Shown here piece by piece: positions 37,901 through 52,000 of a stretch of DNA of 64,000 nucleotides; within the stretch, counting starts at the first letter, position 1, and each line of letters opens with the position of its first letter. Location of the stretch: NCBI GenBank assembly GCA_977030845.1, contig OZ365115.1, positions 29,202,001 to 29,266,000 on the forward strand, written 5' to 3'. Position numbers and translations under genes: made by a program. The notes beneath the pieces are model-generated. The model searched no databases. It was not told the DNA's origin and was given only the letters and a program-made list of their open reading frames with translations. This DNA comes from Fimbriosthenelais zetlandica. Taxonomy: Eukaryota.

Positions 37901-40900
37901 TAAAAACAGAGCCTTAGGAGGTGATTAGATATTGGATCACAAATTAGGTTTATTGATGTGTTGGGAATCAAAGATAAGAAAGGGGTGCTTCAAGCAGCTA
38001 TCAGGCTGTAGGCGGGATGTCTGGCAGGAATATCCCCCGGCGATAGAGAACATTTATTCTCTATCAACAGCATCTGCCTGGACAAACACTTCCTCGACTT
38101 ATTTTCTTGAGATCCCTGATCATTGCATTTACATTTCCCTAAGGCCATGTACTTCCAGCAGCATATAAATGATATTTACAATTCTAACCCAAAGGAATTA
38201 AAGCTTGATTTATCGTATAAAAATGCCATATAACTCATATGAGAATAATTAAAGGGGCAGTTAAGCAATAAGTATTGCTATATTATCCTTAATGAACTCC
38301 TTGATGCGCTTCAACCAAGGAAGAAACCATCTCATATTCTCCCAGCGTTGGACGTATATGGCAGGACTTCAGAAATGCCATCTGTCGCCAATTACATTAA
38401 ACCAATATTTGTTTCCATGTATCAGTATTGCCTGGCTGTCAGACACGGCAGGGACTTTTACCATTAGATATTTTATTGGATCACAACTTTTGTTTCCATG
38501 GTTATATGTCTCATCTCAGACTCGCCCAGCCCAAGCTTTCTGTCTGACTGGTATTGATGCAAGGACAGAAATTATGGGAGAAGTTGAGAAAGTATATCAG
38601 GCAATGTTGGTACATACATGATTGAGTCTATGTATTTTCATTGCCCTTTACCCGAGCCAATCAAGACAATGTATTCCTCTATTTGTTCTTTATGATACCC
38701 ATGTCATGATACATCCTGCTATCATTTCCCACAGGAGCGACCCCCGCCGACAAAGTTGTGTACCACGCCCAGAGGTCGCGCCCCAGACCAGGTCTTGGTC
38801 CACTTCCGGTTGAGATGGCTGTCAGGGGACTTTTCAGAAACCCTTATTATCGCTCGACAGTAGTCAATGGCTATAGAGACAGTTGGGGAGGCCATGTTGA
38901 GTAAAGGCTTCTCTTCTATTTTATGACAGGCCAGGGACAAACAAAGCCCTTTATACATTCATCTCTAGAATGCCTCCCAATCTGAAAAAAAAACAAATCA
39001 CAGGATGTCATCTATATTTGTGACAAGTATTCATGATGTGCAAATGTAAAAGTCCACATCGTATTCCTCTGTCACTATGATAAGCCCACATTGGTATGAA
39101 TATTTTCGTATGAAGATTGACTATTAGGTTCTTTTGGAATTCTCTATTAGCAGGAGGATTCAATTTGTTCTCATAATAATTGATGATGAAGGAGCTTTGA
39201 TGTCCTCAGAAATTGCTGATAAGCGGCTCCGTCTATTATTTATCCTTTCCTCCCATACTTCAATCCTTCACCAATCTTGTGTTATGTATATCACAAGCTG
39301 CGAACCTCTCTGGTCTTTTTTCTGGTCTTTTTTGCCCTCAGCGGCATTAGCCCTGGGGTTTTTCTTACAGACATGCACCACAAAGAAGTGTTCACTTATA
39401 TATATGTTGTAAAGTCTTGTATTAGATGCCTTTCTAGCATTTCTCTGCGCAGGAACCTCTTGCTAATGCTGGTGGAATGAGTTGGCTAACTCTTACTGGG
39501 AGGCCATCAATGGTGGTGAATTAGCTGGGATGAAGGTTTATCTCACCCTACCCCCACTAGCTCACGTCCACTGATTCCCCTGATAATGTCCTCCACTCTC
39601 TCGCTCCAGCTATATTCTATAGGTCTATAGCTTGGTGGGTCAGCATTCAAATCCTTATGCTTTTTCCAAAGTTAAAGATGCATCTAAAGGGGAATTTCCT
39701 GAAAGTGAAAAAAAACTTCTTAACAGGAGAGGTTACAATAATTGAAGAGCATGGCTATTTTGCTACAGTCTTTTTACGTTCAAATAGTCACTTTGTATGC
39801 GGATCCAATTACCTCGCACCAGAGCATCTTTTTTCGAGGGTGAGGGTGCTCTGGTGTTAAAGACGAAAGCCTTCATTGAACCCATCCAGTGTCTCTCTGG
39901 AACAGTGTCTGTCAAACTGTTAAGAAGTTCTGCTAAATTTATTCATAGAAATGTCTTAAAGTCATTAATATGGGTCATTTATTATAGATCCTATGGCAAA
40001 AACTGAGGTTGAAGGAGCCTGAAGGGTATTATTCACCTGTTCAAGCATCCTGTAAGTTCCCACCTGATGTAGTGAGTTTTATCACCTTGGGGCATAACAT
40101 TGGTATGACGTGTGATCTTCAGTCTTCTTCACTGAGATGTTCCAGCCTTGTGAAGTGAGGCAGCAAACACGCAGCACTGAAGCAGGCTGCTGATCTCATG
40201 TTGACAGTGTTCGCTGCCATTAGCGATCACGCATTATCATCACGCATTGAGAACAAGCATGAAGAATATCTAACTAGAGTTAGAAGCTGCCTGCACGCAG
40301 CAGATACCGACTCTTACTTGAGGAATCAATGATCCAAACTAGCTCCCACATAAAACTGAACAGGGAGCCATTTGTAAAGCCTTGTTTTATCAGGCGCTAG
40401 GCGCCAGTTTTCAGATGAGGAATGTGGAATTTGGACAAGCGGAAGGAAATGATTGGGTATGTTTTGTCCAGAAGCTATTTGGATTATAGAAGGCATGCAT
40501 CTTTTCAGCAGCGCTGCTCAATTTCTTTAGCAGTTGTTTTTTATGATGCTGAAACCAGAGCTCGGTCCCTCATTAAGGATATTAAATTCAAGGGATATGC
40601 TGTTAATTGCTTGTTGGAAAGTCTCATATTCCAAAATTATTTCCATAATTACGCAACTTCTTTACTTCCTTTATAATTATAATCCCTATACAGATTTCTT
40701 ACAACATTACGTATGGTGTCATTCAAATATTACCTAACGCTTTTTTGCTAAAAAAAATTTAGATCACAAAACCCAACACCTTCCGTGTTATAACAAAAAC
40801 AAATTGTAACTTTTTGCATCATCTCAGACATAGGTCTTGCAATCTCTATAGATGCATGTCAATGCATGGGGTCTCAGGTCTTCCAATTGGTTCGAAGTTC

Positions 40901-43228
40901 CAAGGCTACCCTGACCTATAGATAGCAAGTGATCTTAACACTGGCTGGCAGTTGCTGCAGACTGCAGAACACTCTATACTAACTGTACCATAGGTCTTAC
41001 TTTATGACACTCTCTCCCTTGGATTTAAGTCCAGGAACTAACCTCTAGAGGTGCCTGGGGTATGTTTACTTAGGCACTGTGGAAGGTCCCTGAAAGTAGT
41101 TCCTGTCTCTAGATTCTTGGCAGTAAATGGTTTGGAAGTCGGCCACTTTAATGACTGCTAAGGCAAGTCTGTAATGCTGAGCATGTGAGCACTGGTCATA
41201 AAGTTCGCATGGAAGCTTTCCTTCCTGTATGATGAATGACTGGGTGACAGATGGAGGCAATCCAAGGCCATGTGTGGAGATTCAAAGTAATGGGAATTCA
41301 ATAATTTATCACATTATCTATTCCGTAAGATTATGGGGCCATTCCACAATGCTACTTTAGTCTATAATTGTGTAGTGGGTCCATATAGTGTAACTTTCGG
41401 CATAAGAGCTGTTTAAAAAAAATCAAGTTATATGTATACTCTGAAAAAGTTCAGGTCCACAGAGGTTTTTACATGTAACTAGTTTATGTCAGACTGCCCT
41501 GTCTCATACAGCTTTGTGATCAGTGTGCGTGTCGTAGTATAAACTCCAGCCTTCAGTTTAACACTGCCAGCCGCAGTAATTAGATCATGGACAGTCTGAT
41601 GGGGGCCCTCTGGTGTGAGAATTAGGAAGCTGAACAGAGCTGCAGCCTGATTGGTTGGGCGAACCGGATGGAATGCGAGATGTCGCTGACCAACTGGAAA
41701 TCTTCCAACGAGCTTAATCTGATTGTTCGCTGTAATGACGTGAACAGGCTGGAAGCACTCTGGCAGGCCATGCCCAGTCATCATACAAAATGTCATTATT
41801 CAAATTTCAATTAATCTTCAGGGAGATGTTACTCTTAGGTCATGAGGAAACTAACAAATTAGACAAAATAGATGCCAAACTGCGAAATATTCAATTAGCC
41901 TGGATATATCTAACTTATGGTGTAATTCTAGATTTGTTCCGCAAGGGATATGCAAATATAATCTCCATTTTTATAGCCTACATACATCTATGAATGTATT
42001 TTAATATTTGCTGAAATATTAAATAAAAAGTTTCCAGTAAGAGCTAGATAACATTTCCAACATTCTACCGCTTCTCATTTTCCATATTCCATCTCTGCTA
42101 ATACACGTCCGATTCGATGTTGCAGACTTGTACATATCTCAGCAAAAAAGCTTACAGTTTGTCATAGGATACTGGATGTCAGTGTCAATGTTTCCAAAAA
42201 TAATATTATTGGTACAGATAATGGTAAGGATAGTGTGTTGTATTATGATCCGTAGGAAAATATTAAGGAGAAGATCTCATGCCAATATCGGCTGTTAGTC
42301 TTGGCTGTCGGTTTGGATAGAACTCCGCTGCACAAAGGGTTATATTAGTCACATATCAAATGAGACATGTAACAAAGAGAGAACAATATGCAGCTTAATA
42401 ATTTGTTGAAACAAAGAAGCTGAAAACAATGATAACTGTGTAGTTAGAATAAGTGCAGTTTTATGGTATTTTCATACAGAAAACCCTCAACGTAAATGCT
42501 GTTGTTCTGTTACAGTAGATTGAACCAGAGGTCTTGTCTGTTTTCTCCTCTGCAGTGGGACTGCAGCCATTCTGGTCATGATCATCAGCAATGAGATTAA
42601 AACCTAATTGCACATAGATTTCACTCAAGCTTGAATAATTCAAGCCACATGTCTGTGTAGCTTACATTGGTTATTAATGCTGCAGACCTGAATTTTACGT
42701 CTCCACTCGTGTGCAAGATTCGTCCATTACTGGCAAGGTTGACCTTTTAGCAAGTCATCTGGGGCAATACTAATGATCTTAAATGTGACATTGATGTGCT
42801 ACGTGCCATGATTCTGACTCCTGCATGTCACACATCTAATCCACCCTCCAGCACAGATAGACCAGCAATGTGCATTCCTCCATTGATCGATCAATCCAGA
42901 AGGTCACATGCTTTGAAGTTATATGGCTCTTTAATTATAGATAATCACATAATCACATTCTTTGAGCATATTGAAGTCATCCACGGCCACTGTAAGAAGG
43001 CCTTAAAGACGGCCCTCGGCAGATTTAAGCCTCAGAAGGATACAGATCAAACATTTAGATCATAATCTTGACTGATTGGTAGGCAGAAATCGATTCCAAA
43101 AAGGGCTTCAATGAAAGGGTCTTATTCAAGTCCTTCCTGAAAAATGGGATCTGAGAATCGGTAAAGTAGGAATAGGATTATTGACTCCTCAGGGGGAAGT
43201 TTTAAAAGGCAGTGTTGGAATTTGCCTG

Positions 43229-43267
43229 TTGACAGGAATGAATAACGTTTTGACAGGAATGAATAAC
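43229..43267. repeat. 21-bp period tandem duplication
   Basis: ttgacaggaatgaataac occurs at 43229 and 43250. Confidence 0.85.
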
Positions 43268-45985
43268 TACCAATACAGTAGAATTCCACCCAATGGTCGT
43301 CATTTCAGAATGTGAACTATAGCTCCATTCTATACTCCAGGCGTTCGAGACTTATTGGAAATGATAACATTGTTCGAATGAACCATAAGGATTAATCAGA
43401 AAACCATATCAATCAAATTATTTCGGTTTTCATAAGACCAACTTCACTCATATTTCAGCATTGCAACCTAACATGCCTTTACATGCAATCGTCTAATGTC
43501 TCTTGGTCAGGGATTATTAATTTTGAAGGGACTAGCCTTCAGGCATCAGCGGCGTTTAGTCCGATTACTTCCCGCCTTTGAAACCATGTCCTGAGGGAAG
43601 CATGCCATCTCCATTTACTCACTTCAGCACAATCATTATGAATACCTAACAGCCACGGCAGCAATGCAAGCAGTGTATTCAATTCATACTATAGCTTCCT
43701 ACAAATTTCCTATAGACTGATGAAAAACTGCACGATTGGAACATAATATCTCACTATTGCATGCTTGGCACCTTCTATATTAATTCTCTCGTTCAATGAA
43801 GCTGGTTTTATATATCATAGAAACTAATTATTAATGTTTACAATGGTATATGACACAATGCATGAAAGATTAGTTATTTAATATATTTCCCATGTTTCTT
43901 GAGCGTTGTGGCATTTTGACTAAAAGGGTGTTTATAGTGCTTTCGCTAAACACCCGCCTCTTCCCAGTGCTGACAATGTCCTCCACACTTCCCTGTCAAC
44001 CGGCATTAGGTGTATGGCGACAGTGTTTTATTTATTCCTATGTGCTGGATTACATCCAACTTGCTTGAATACTTACCAGTTAAAGGCTTCCCCAGAGGAT
44101 GGTCATCCTGTATTGACGTGGCACTCGTCTATTTAACGCTCGCTGGCTTTATCAGTGAAAGAGCAAAATGCATATCGACAAGTTGTACGTTATTCAGGCG
44201 GCAAAACTGGCGGTGTCCAGGACCTTAATACCGGTCAACATCCATCCTCATTGTCCATTAATACAACTATCATCTATAAAAAGACATCTATATCAGGAGA
44301 GAGCCAATTCATCATCAAATGCTTCAGATACACTGTATTCACTATAAAGCCTTTTTTAATTATTGAAAAGCTTTATCTGGAATAAATATCAAATCTCATG
44401 CATAATTATTTTGCGCAGCAAGACACCAGCAAGTTACTCATTTGAAAGCTAGTTTTGATAATTATCAGGATCAATATATATTATAAAGTATAGTAGAGAC
44501 GATCTATATTGCTATCACAAGATGTGTCATTTCAATTAGAGGGTCCTTCCTTTAATGTTAGAAGTGTCCACATGTAGCGTAGCAAACGTGGTAAGTCTCA
44601 GCCTCATGACCTTATTGGAACCGGAAGTTGGTGTATTTGTTGGGAGCATGTGAGGTGTGAACTTCTTGTTTGGAGCAAACGTCATCTTCTACAGTATAAT
44701 TTATACAGGCATATAGGCTAAAGCATTGTCGTGCGATGCCAGTCTGGTATAGGGAGCATATACATGTATACATATATTATATGCATATATGCATGTCTTT
44801 TAATCCTAAATAAGAGCATGAAGAAGACCCTGCATGAACCATCTACAACACATGACTGTATGACAAATGAAGGAAACCCTCCATTTCTCATGCAAACACC
44901 TCAATGGAAGCATTGCAATAAAAATGAATGAATTAATGCTACATGTATTCATGAAGCAAAATCTAATATATAATCTTCCGAGAATAGGTCTATACTGACC
45001 ATGCATAGCTTGCATCTTCCAACTTCTGATGCCTCACTATTAAATGGAACACGATCCAACTTATCTAACAGGCAAAATGGGAGAATAACAAAGCACACTT
45101 ACCACAGACAAAGGGACATGACCAAGACTGTTTAAAACTAAGTAGTGCCAGTATGGTTGACCAAAGATATCATTATAGAAGAATAAAGAAGGATTCCGAC
45201 GACTGTTTGTTGAGGTTTTCTCACGCATGCTTACCCTTACTGTGTGATGGAGAAGGCAAAGAAGCTCAAATTTCCTTACAAGGAACAAGTCCCGACAAAT
45301 TGGCCTGGGAAATGCGAGCCATACTGCTTCTTACCATCTCCCGGTCCGTCGCTTTTGCTTAGAATTGTGATTGGTAAGAGGCTATCTCCCATGGACAAAT
45401 ACCTCTACTTGGTCCTGCATTTACATAAATGCCATGTTTAAAAATATATATTAAATTCATATTTTATGGTGGAGCTTAAGTTTAATCATTATGAATCAGT
45501 CTGTTGCATTCAGAATATGTGAATATTTGTAGAAAATACAGCTGAAACCTTATATTGTTTCCTTCGATTGTCACCATCAATCTGTTGTACCTTTTAATAT
45601 ATATATCTGCCTCTCGAATGGTTTAGAATATTATGTCGGGAGATTCTTTATTAACAGATATTCTGTCCTCAGTATACTAAGTATACTGGAAAGTTTTTCG
45701 CAAGCACTTCAATTCAAGTGGGTTGGAGATTGCTTTTTGGCGTCATTGATATTTCTGATGTCACATCTCATTTTCTCCTGCAGCTCATAACCACTCGTGT
45801 CATGTTTTATCTGTATGGAAGTCTCTGCCCATAAACCATTTTTATGCTGTACATTACTTGCTTTGTATGGTCAAAGGTCCAGACATGGGAAAGCAGTGAA
45901 AGTTGTCCGCTCTGGGAGCATGCATTATATTTGTGTACCCAGCATGTGAGCCTCACTCTGCAGCTCGACGTTCCACTGTGTGTTG

Positions 45986-46034
45986 ATTGGACCCATCCAG
46001 TTGACCAATCACGTGCTGATAAAATCACCACGTG
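45986..46034. promoter_or_regulatory. Promoter-like module: two CCAAT boxes plus two CACGTG E-boxes
   Basis: ATTGG 45986, CCAAT 46005, CACGTG 46010 and 46029. Confidence 0.35.
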
Positions 46035-49008
46035 ACACAATATTCTGTCAGGGAGAGCACCGGGCTGTCTGCTTCAGTAAGAAGGGGAAGTTAGGATATG
46101 GACTGACAAATATTTCATCTCCAGGCTATTTACACTGGAAATACAGGCACGGACGTGATCGCGTAAGGAAAGTCAGGGTGGTCTTGCTACTTTTTATTTT
46201 ACTTATAATTTGTTATCATGTGCAAACATGCATGTCTTTTTTAATGTCTTCACCATTAGAATTTTAAAATCTTGCTACATAATTCCAGGTAACATGCATA
46301 CATGTTAACTTATTAACTTATGCGTGTCAACTCAAAAGCATTTGTGATCAAATCTGAAAACCACATTGAAATCTGTTGTCTAAGATTATATGATTCCAAA
46401 GCAACAGTTGAAGTCCACAACCACATATTCGATTCTTCCCGTCGTATCATGTGACCATTCTTTTTTTAAACGTTTGAAACACATTTCGTGTAAGACAAAT
46501 GGCCACATTTGCCTCAGCGTAAGATTTCCTTCCACCCATAAAGTTACAAAATCTCTTGTAAATTGAGATTAAACCAGATTAGCCAAATCAAAGTGCACAA
46601 GAAACAAGTCATTAACTGCAGTAATCTCGAGGAAGGCAGACCCAACGCAAAGGTTTTATAGCATTAATGAATCAATCACCAGAGTAATAATGGCCTTCTA
46701 ATGAAAAAAAATAGGTGCACCAGTGTTGAACGGTAGTCGTGTGGTGAGGAGAGAGAAAAAGAGAAAAAATCAGCTACATAGCTTTTAAAGGATAATTCGG
46801 CCAATTTCACATTTTCTCTTTCACTTTTGTTCCTCCATTCACAGAATGACATTCAGTGTTGGAGAAGTAAGTAATGATGAAGTTTTTCATTTTATATTTG
46901 AGTTTGTTTCGACTATGTTGATGCAGTTGTTAAGGAAATCGTGATTCCACGAACGTGCTTTAGCTGCAAAAAACATGGTCGATGAATGACAAATTCAGTT
47001 TTTTAAGAACATGCCATTAGCTCGGAGAGCAAAGCTACGTGCACGGGGTTGCTTATTGATCAAATCAATTACAGCTCAAAACGTAACCAAACAATTCCCG
47101 GGAGGAGACTTTCCCCATGCAAGATGTAAATTTTCCCAAAGAAAACGAATTGTGTAGTGATGTCTTCATTGCATGTCTAAGGTACTGAGATTTTCCGCTC
47201 CTTTTTATAGGAGTGTTCATCTGCGTTAACCAATTGAGATGGAGGTGTTGGGGGTGGGGTGAATAAAGCCACCTGGGGATAAGGAATGACCTTTCCCCTT
47301 GTCGACCAGGTGAGGCAGGTGTGTGAATGAGGGTAGTGGTAGACAGGCTTAATACATCTCCCCACCTGTAGATACCTTTACCCACTGCTCATCATCTCCG
47401 TCACATAACACACTGAACTACATCCACACATATGTCCCTGCATCTCTCTCGCTCACTTAAAGCATATCTATAACAGAATGCATTAAAGTAACCTGCCTCA
47501 ACTCTGGCAGATCGATGCATCACCAGTACACGGATCATAAACTTTGAATGCCATCACTGTATGCAACAGTTACCAGGAGACATGGATGTAGGAGCTATAA
47601 TATCCACATGCATTGATACCAGACACTAATGTCATTTCTTTGGTTATAATTGCTGCCTTGAATCAGAATCTAGGTTGCTGGATTGGCAGATTGAATGTAT
47701 ACAGTTCGTGACACAGATCTCCCTATGCATATTTCTCTATAACCTGGATTGATTGGTCATTGATAAATGCTGCTGATCAATGGTGGATACTGGTATTCAA
47801 TAGGTTGAGTATGTGAGTATCGGACCCTACCTATAGACACACTTGGACACTATATCGACTGAATTAATGCTGGCAATTGGCAAGTGTCGCCAGATATAAC
47901 TGGACTATAGAAATACAGAGTAGGTAAGGATCTAGATCAAATGTATAACTTAAATTTCAATAATACAGATTATACCTTTTATTTTATCACAGTTATATGC
48001 ATGTATAGCTTGTAATGATTTCGATACAGTATATAAGGTTCTAGATCTAAGATCTAATGTATAATGTAAATTTCAATTATATAGAGTAGGCTTAGATTAA
48101 ATATAATATGTTATTTTACCATATGCAATTAGTAATGATTGCGGATGTTTAGCTCTTTAAAATTGACATGCGTTGAGATTATTTTTTATAAAATCTAACA
48201 TTATTGCAAGAAACAGTCCATATACAAACGTTTTAATTATTATTTGGATTTTATTAGTTTCTATGCCAGCTGAAATCAACACGGTACGGCAAATATCTGT
48301 TTGAACAGCTAAAGGTCTGTTTTTTACCTTATTGGCACAGTTGAAAATGGATGGGAAATTGTTTCTATGCGCAATTATCTTGTTATGTCTGCACTTAATT
48401 TCACTATAATATTAAGTACATACATATAATATATATATATACAGGTTCCTGTCAGCTTTTAAAGTAATATTAAAGTAAGTAGTTCCCTTTGAGGTTGTCA
48501 TCATAATAGGATCGTGTCATTTGATACCATATAGCATAAAAACAGTTGGGTTCTTTTGAGTGTTTTCAGGTGCATAGAACAATCATATTGGCTTGTACTA
48601 ATATAAGTGGGGTCGACAAGTCAAACGTTTTCAGAAGCGTGACATTGAGAGGTGGTAGGGGATTAGATTAACAATGTGTCACAGTGTCTGGGGTTAACGC
48701 CATATAGGTCAAGACATGCAAGTTTATAGGCCTTGTTCACACGGATGCAGTAATGTAGATATTTCACATTTGTTGATATAGCAATCCACAAGCACTGTGC
48801 ACATCACTGTTACACCCAGCCTTTTTATTATGAATACTAGGCTTCTGTATGGTATAAAATATTCAATGCCTTACTATATACAGTTAGGCTATCACTATAA
48901 GCACCCATTTTTTTCTGAATGCTCGCTGGAAGGCAATAGCCATGTTAGAGGTAGACCTGAGGGTGAATACCTGTGACTGGTGACAAGTATGGGTTGAACC
49001 TTGTATAA

Positions 49009-49022
49009 AGGTCATGGGGTCA
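49009..49022 (+). promoter_or_regulatory. Nuclear-receptor DR2 element
   Basis: AGGTCA-tg-GGGTCA, with an extra TGACCT half-site at 49061. Confidence 0.3.
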
Positions 49023-52000
49023 GCCAGGTGTGTCTGTTATTGACAGGAATCAGTAGACCATGACCTTTGCTGCTCCAAGTTGTCAGCGAGTCTATCCAGT
49101 GTCTGTTAAATGATTCATTCAACACTTCCAGTCCTGCTACATTCCTCCCCTACCCTCCCCCTCTCCCCCTTCCCTTCCCCTCCCCTCATCCTCAACCTAT
49201 TGCTGGCAACTGTCAGCCATGAATATTTCAACATTTTATATGTAAGTAACAGAAATATTGTATGTGAGCTATACAAAGAATCTGCTTATCCATGCAGGGT
49301 CGAAATGTTCTAGAATAATTTGTTTGTATTCGGCGATTTGAATTAACTGGAGACATAATAGAGGCAATTACAGTTAGATAAAATCGGTTACCCTTCCTCC
49401 TATTGTATGAAGAATAACTTCAGATGAAGACATGACAACTTCCGGTTTATGTGTATTGCCATAGGTTGGAAGTGGGGAATACACAAACGATTCACCAAAA
49501 ACTTTCCAAAAGGTGTATAATATCTCCTTTCCACTTTTCAGTGGATGACATGTCTTTTACATTCAACTCTTTTCATACTCCTCCCCACGATGTTCTTCAT
49601 CCCTCATTTCATATTTTTCATTTCCCCATCTTCATTCCATTCCGCCATGCTCCATCATTATGACAATAACCCATGATACATCGTGAGGCAGGCCAACAAA
49701 CACATGTCACTATATGATTAAACATGGATAACTTTTAAGTAATTGCCTGCATCCTGACTAGGAAGCATTTTGTCAGAGGTAGGATTCATATGCCTGCCCC
49801 TACCGACCTAAACATTACAACCAGAACTTAAAGCCACTCAATCATTCTGACAGCTATCGGTGCATGCCCACTTTCTATTTCTATTGATTCTAAACACAAA
49901 AAAAGAAAACCCAAACTACTTAAAAGCTCCATCACAAAAGCTTCCAAGTACATTTCCCTTGCCAGAATTCTGATTCAAATGAGGCTTTCAGAAACTATTC
50001 ACTTGAAGAAATATCGCAATATTCAGATAATCTCGTAAATTATCATTTGCACCTTTTGGTATGATTCATACCAACAATATATTAGTAGTCTAGGCCAGTG
50101 CTTGGTCTCTTGTAAGGGCAAGCAGCAGTATAGTACTATATGTATGACGGCAGCCTTTGAACCTCAGCAAGCACTGCCCCTGACAATCTGTACAGGCGAT
50201 GGATTCCCATCCATCAGCTCTCATTCCTACAGGACATGTCCTTATGTCACAAACAAAGCCTGTAAACTAGATTACCACCCTTCGACGTAAATGCTTTATA
50301 AAGCCTTTCCATTAGCGAAAAAAAATAACGTGGTGAAAGGCGTAAAAGGTAATTGTCCCTTTTTATTTCATTCACTGGGGACCGAATTTCTTGAAATAAC
50401 TCTTTTTCGTCATTTTTAAAAATCAATATATTTCCCTGTTTAAAAATCACATGGGTTCTTTGCTTTCCGCAGTGAAAACGAGATTCTTTTTTTTGTCTGA
50501 ACAGGGCACTTCTGTCCTTTAATAAAAGCCCCTTTCACTAAACCAAGAAGGAAGGATGTATTTTTTTCTTTTGAAATAAAGTCCCAGGTTTAAATTTCCT
50601 TCTAATCTCACCAACTGTGGGGGAAACCTGTGCTTTTAGCCATCATCCCTTTTCAAAGTTGTCTCCGGTTAAAGATTTAACAGTGAAGCTTAAATTGATC
50701 TTCTTGGGGACAAACGATTCATTAAAGCCTGGGAGGCTTCTCATCCGAATCCGCCAGCTCTGAGCTAAGCCAGGTGCTGAACTGCGAGGAAAATCTCAAC
50801 CCGTCCAATCCCACAGTTTCAGTCTGATCTACAAGGCTTATTTATCCACATTAAGTCGTACCAAGCTCAACTTTTTAAACTTTAGAGCTGTGGAAAACTT
50901 TTATCTTTTAAAATCTTCCAGGCAGGTTAAAAGTAAAACAGTCTTATCTGTTTTATAGTCCCCTCCCTTAGCGCATCTTTTCATTTTAAGGTCAATCAGA
51001 TGGTTTATTTGGGCGTTGCAAATGGTGGACCTAGATCTGTCAGCTTAACTGTTGCTTTGTCAAGGTTGGAAAAATCAGTGAGTTGCAGGGTGGGTATACA
51101 GGGATCGGTTGTCATTTTCCAGTCAGATTACTCTGCAAGGTCCCTGGAGTTTTATCACAGACGGAGCAGGGGTGGGGCTCTCACATTCATCTTTCTCTCA
51201 TCATTTATGTTTGTATTTTTGATGTTAAGGTACAAAGACAAAGGATATTCTCCTGTGTGTATTGTGACTTTATTCATAGACACTGAGAACAAAGACAGCA
51301 GGCATGGATGCTGAAATGTACCTTGACAGGAATAGAAAGTTCAGTTGATATTCTCTGTGGGTTAGGAAAATGGGGGATGTGTATGAGGCAAGAAAACAAC
51401 AGATGAAGGCACCAGAATGAAGTAATGCAGGGGTATTAAAATGGTTCTTTTAAACAGGTAAGAAAATGATGTAAAAGGGAATAAAAACCTATCCCTGAAA
51501 AGGTTATGGATGTCTAAGAATGGGGAAAAGAAAGCAATGCTGTTTTGAAAGCAACTGCTTAGTGAACACTCCCAGAAATTAAAGAACGGAACGGGAAACA
51601 ATTAGGCTCTTGGATGAAGCCAAGAGATAAAAGCCTTGAGCTGACAGAGTAGGGCTTCCATTGAATGTTAATTAATGTTGAGGCTAAAAGTTCATGAGGA
51701 CATTGACATCTAACAGTTGGTTAATATAAACCTGTTGTTTGGCAGCCATTGTAATGATATACAGGATGGCCTGGCATTATGAATTCAGCCAATATAATCA
51801 CTGCGTTACCGGGCCCTGGTGCTTGCCTTATCGATACCAATATTCACCATGTTCTGACGCCTCTACCTTCACAGATCTCACAATTATGCAACACCCTTGT
51901 GCCTAACATTAGCATATAAATTGCTTATCACCATGTTTTCACAATAATTCATTCTCTTTTAATATCAGAGCTGACACATATACTACTCAAACTAACACTT

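Noticed and set aside
40885-40905. GGTTCGAAG T-loop/B-box-like motif (tRNA or SINE)
   Set aside because: There is no A-box, cloverleaf or acceptor stem.
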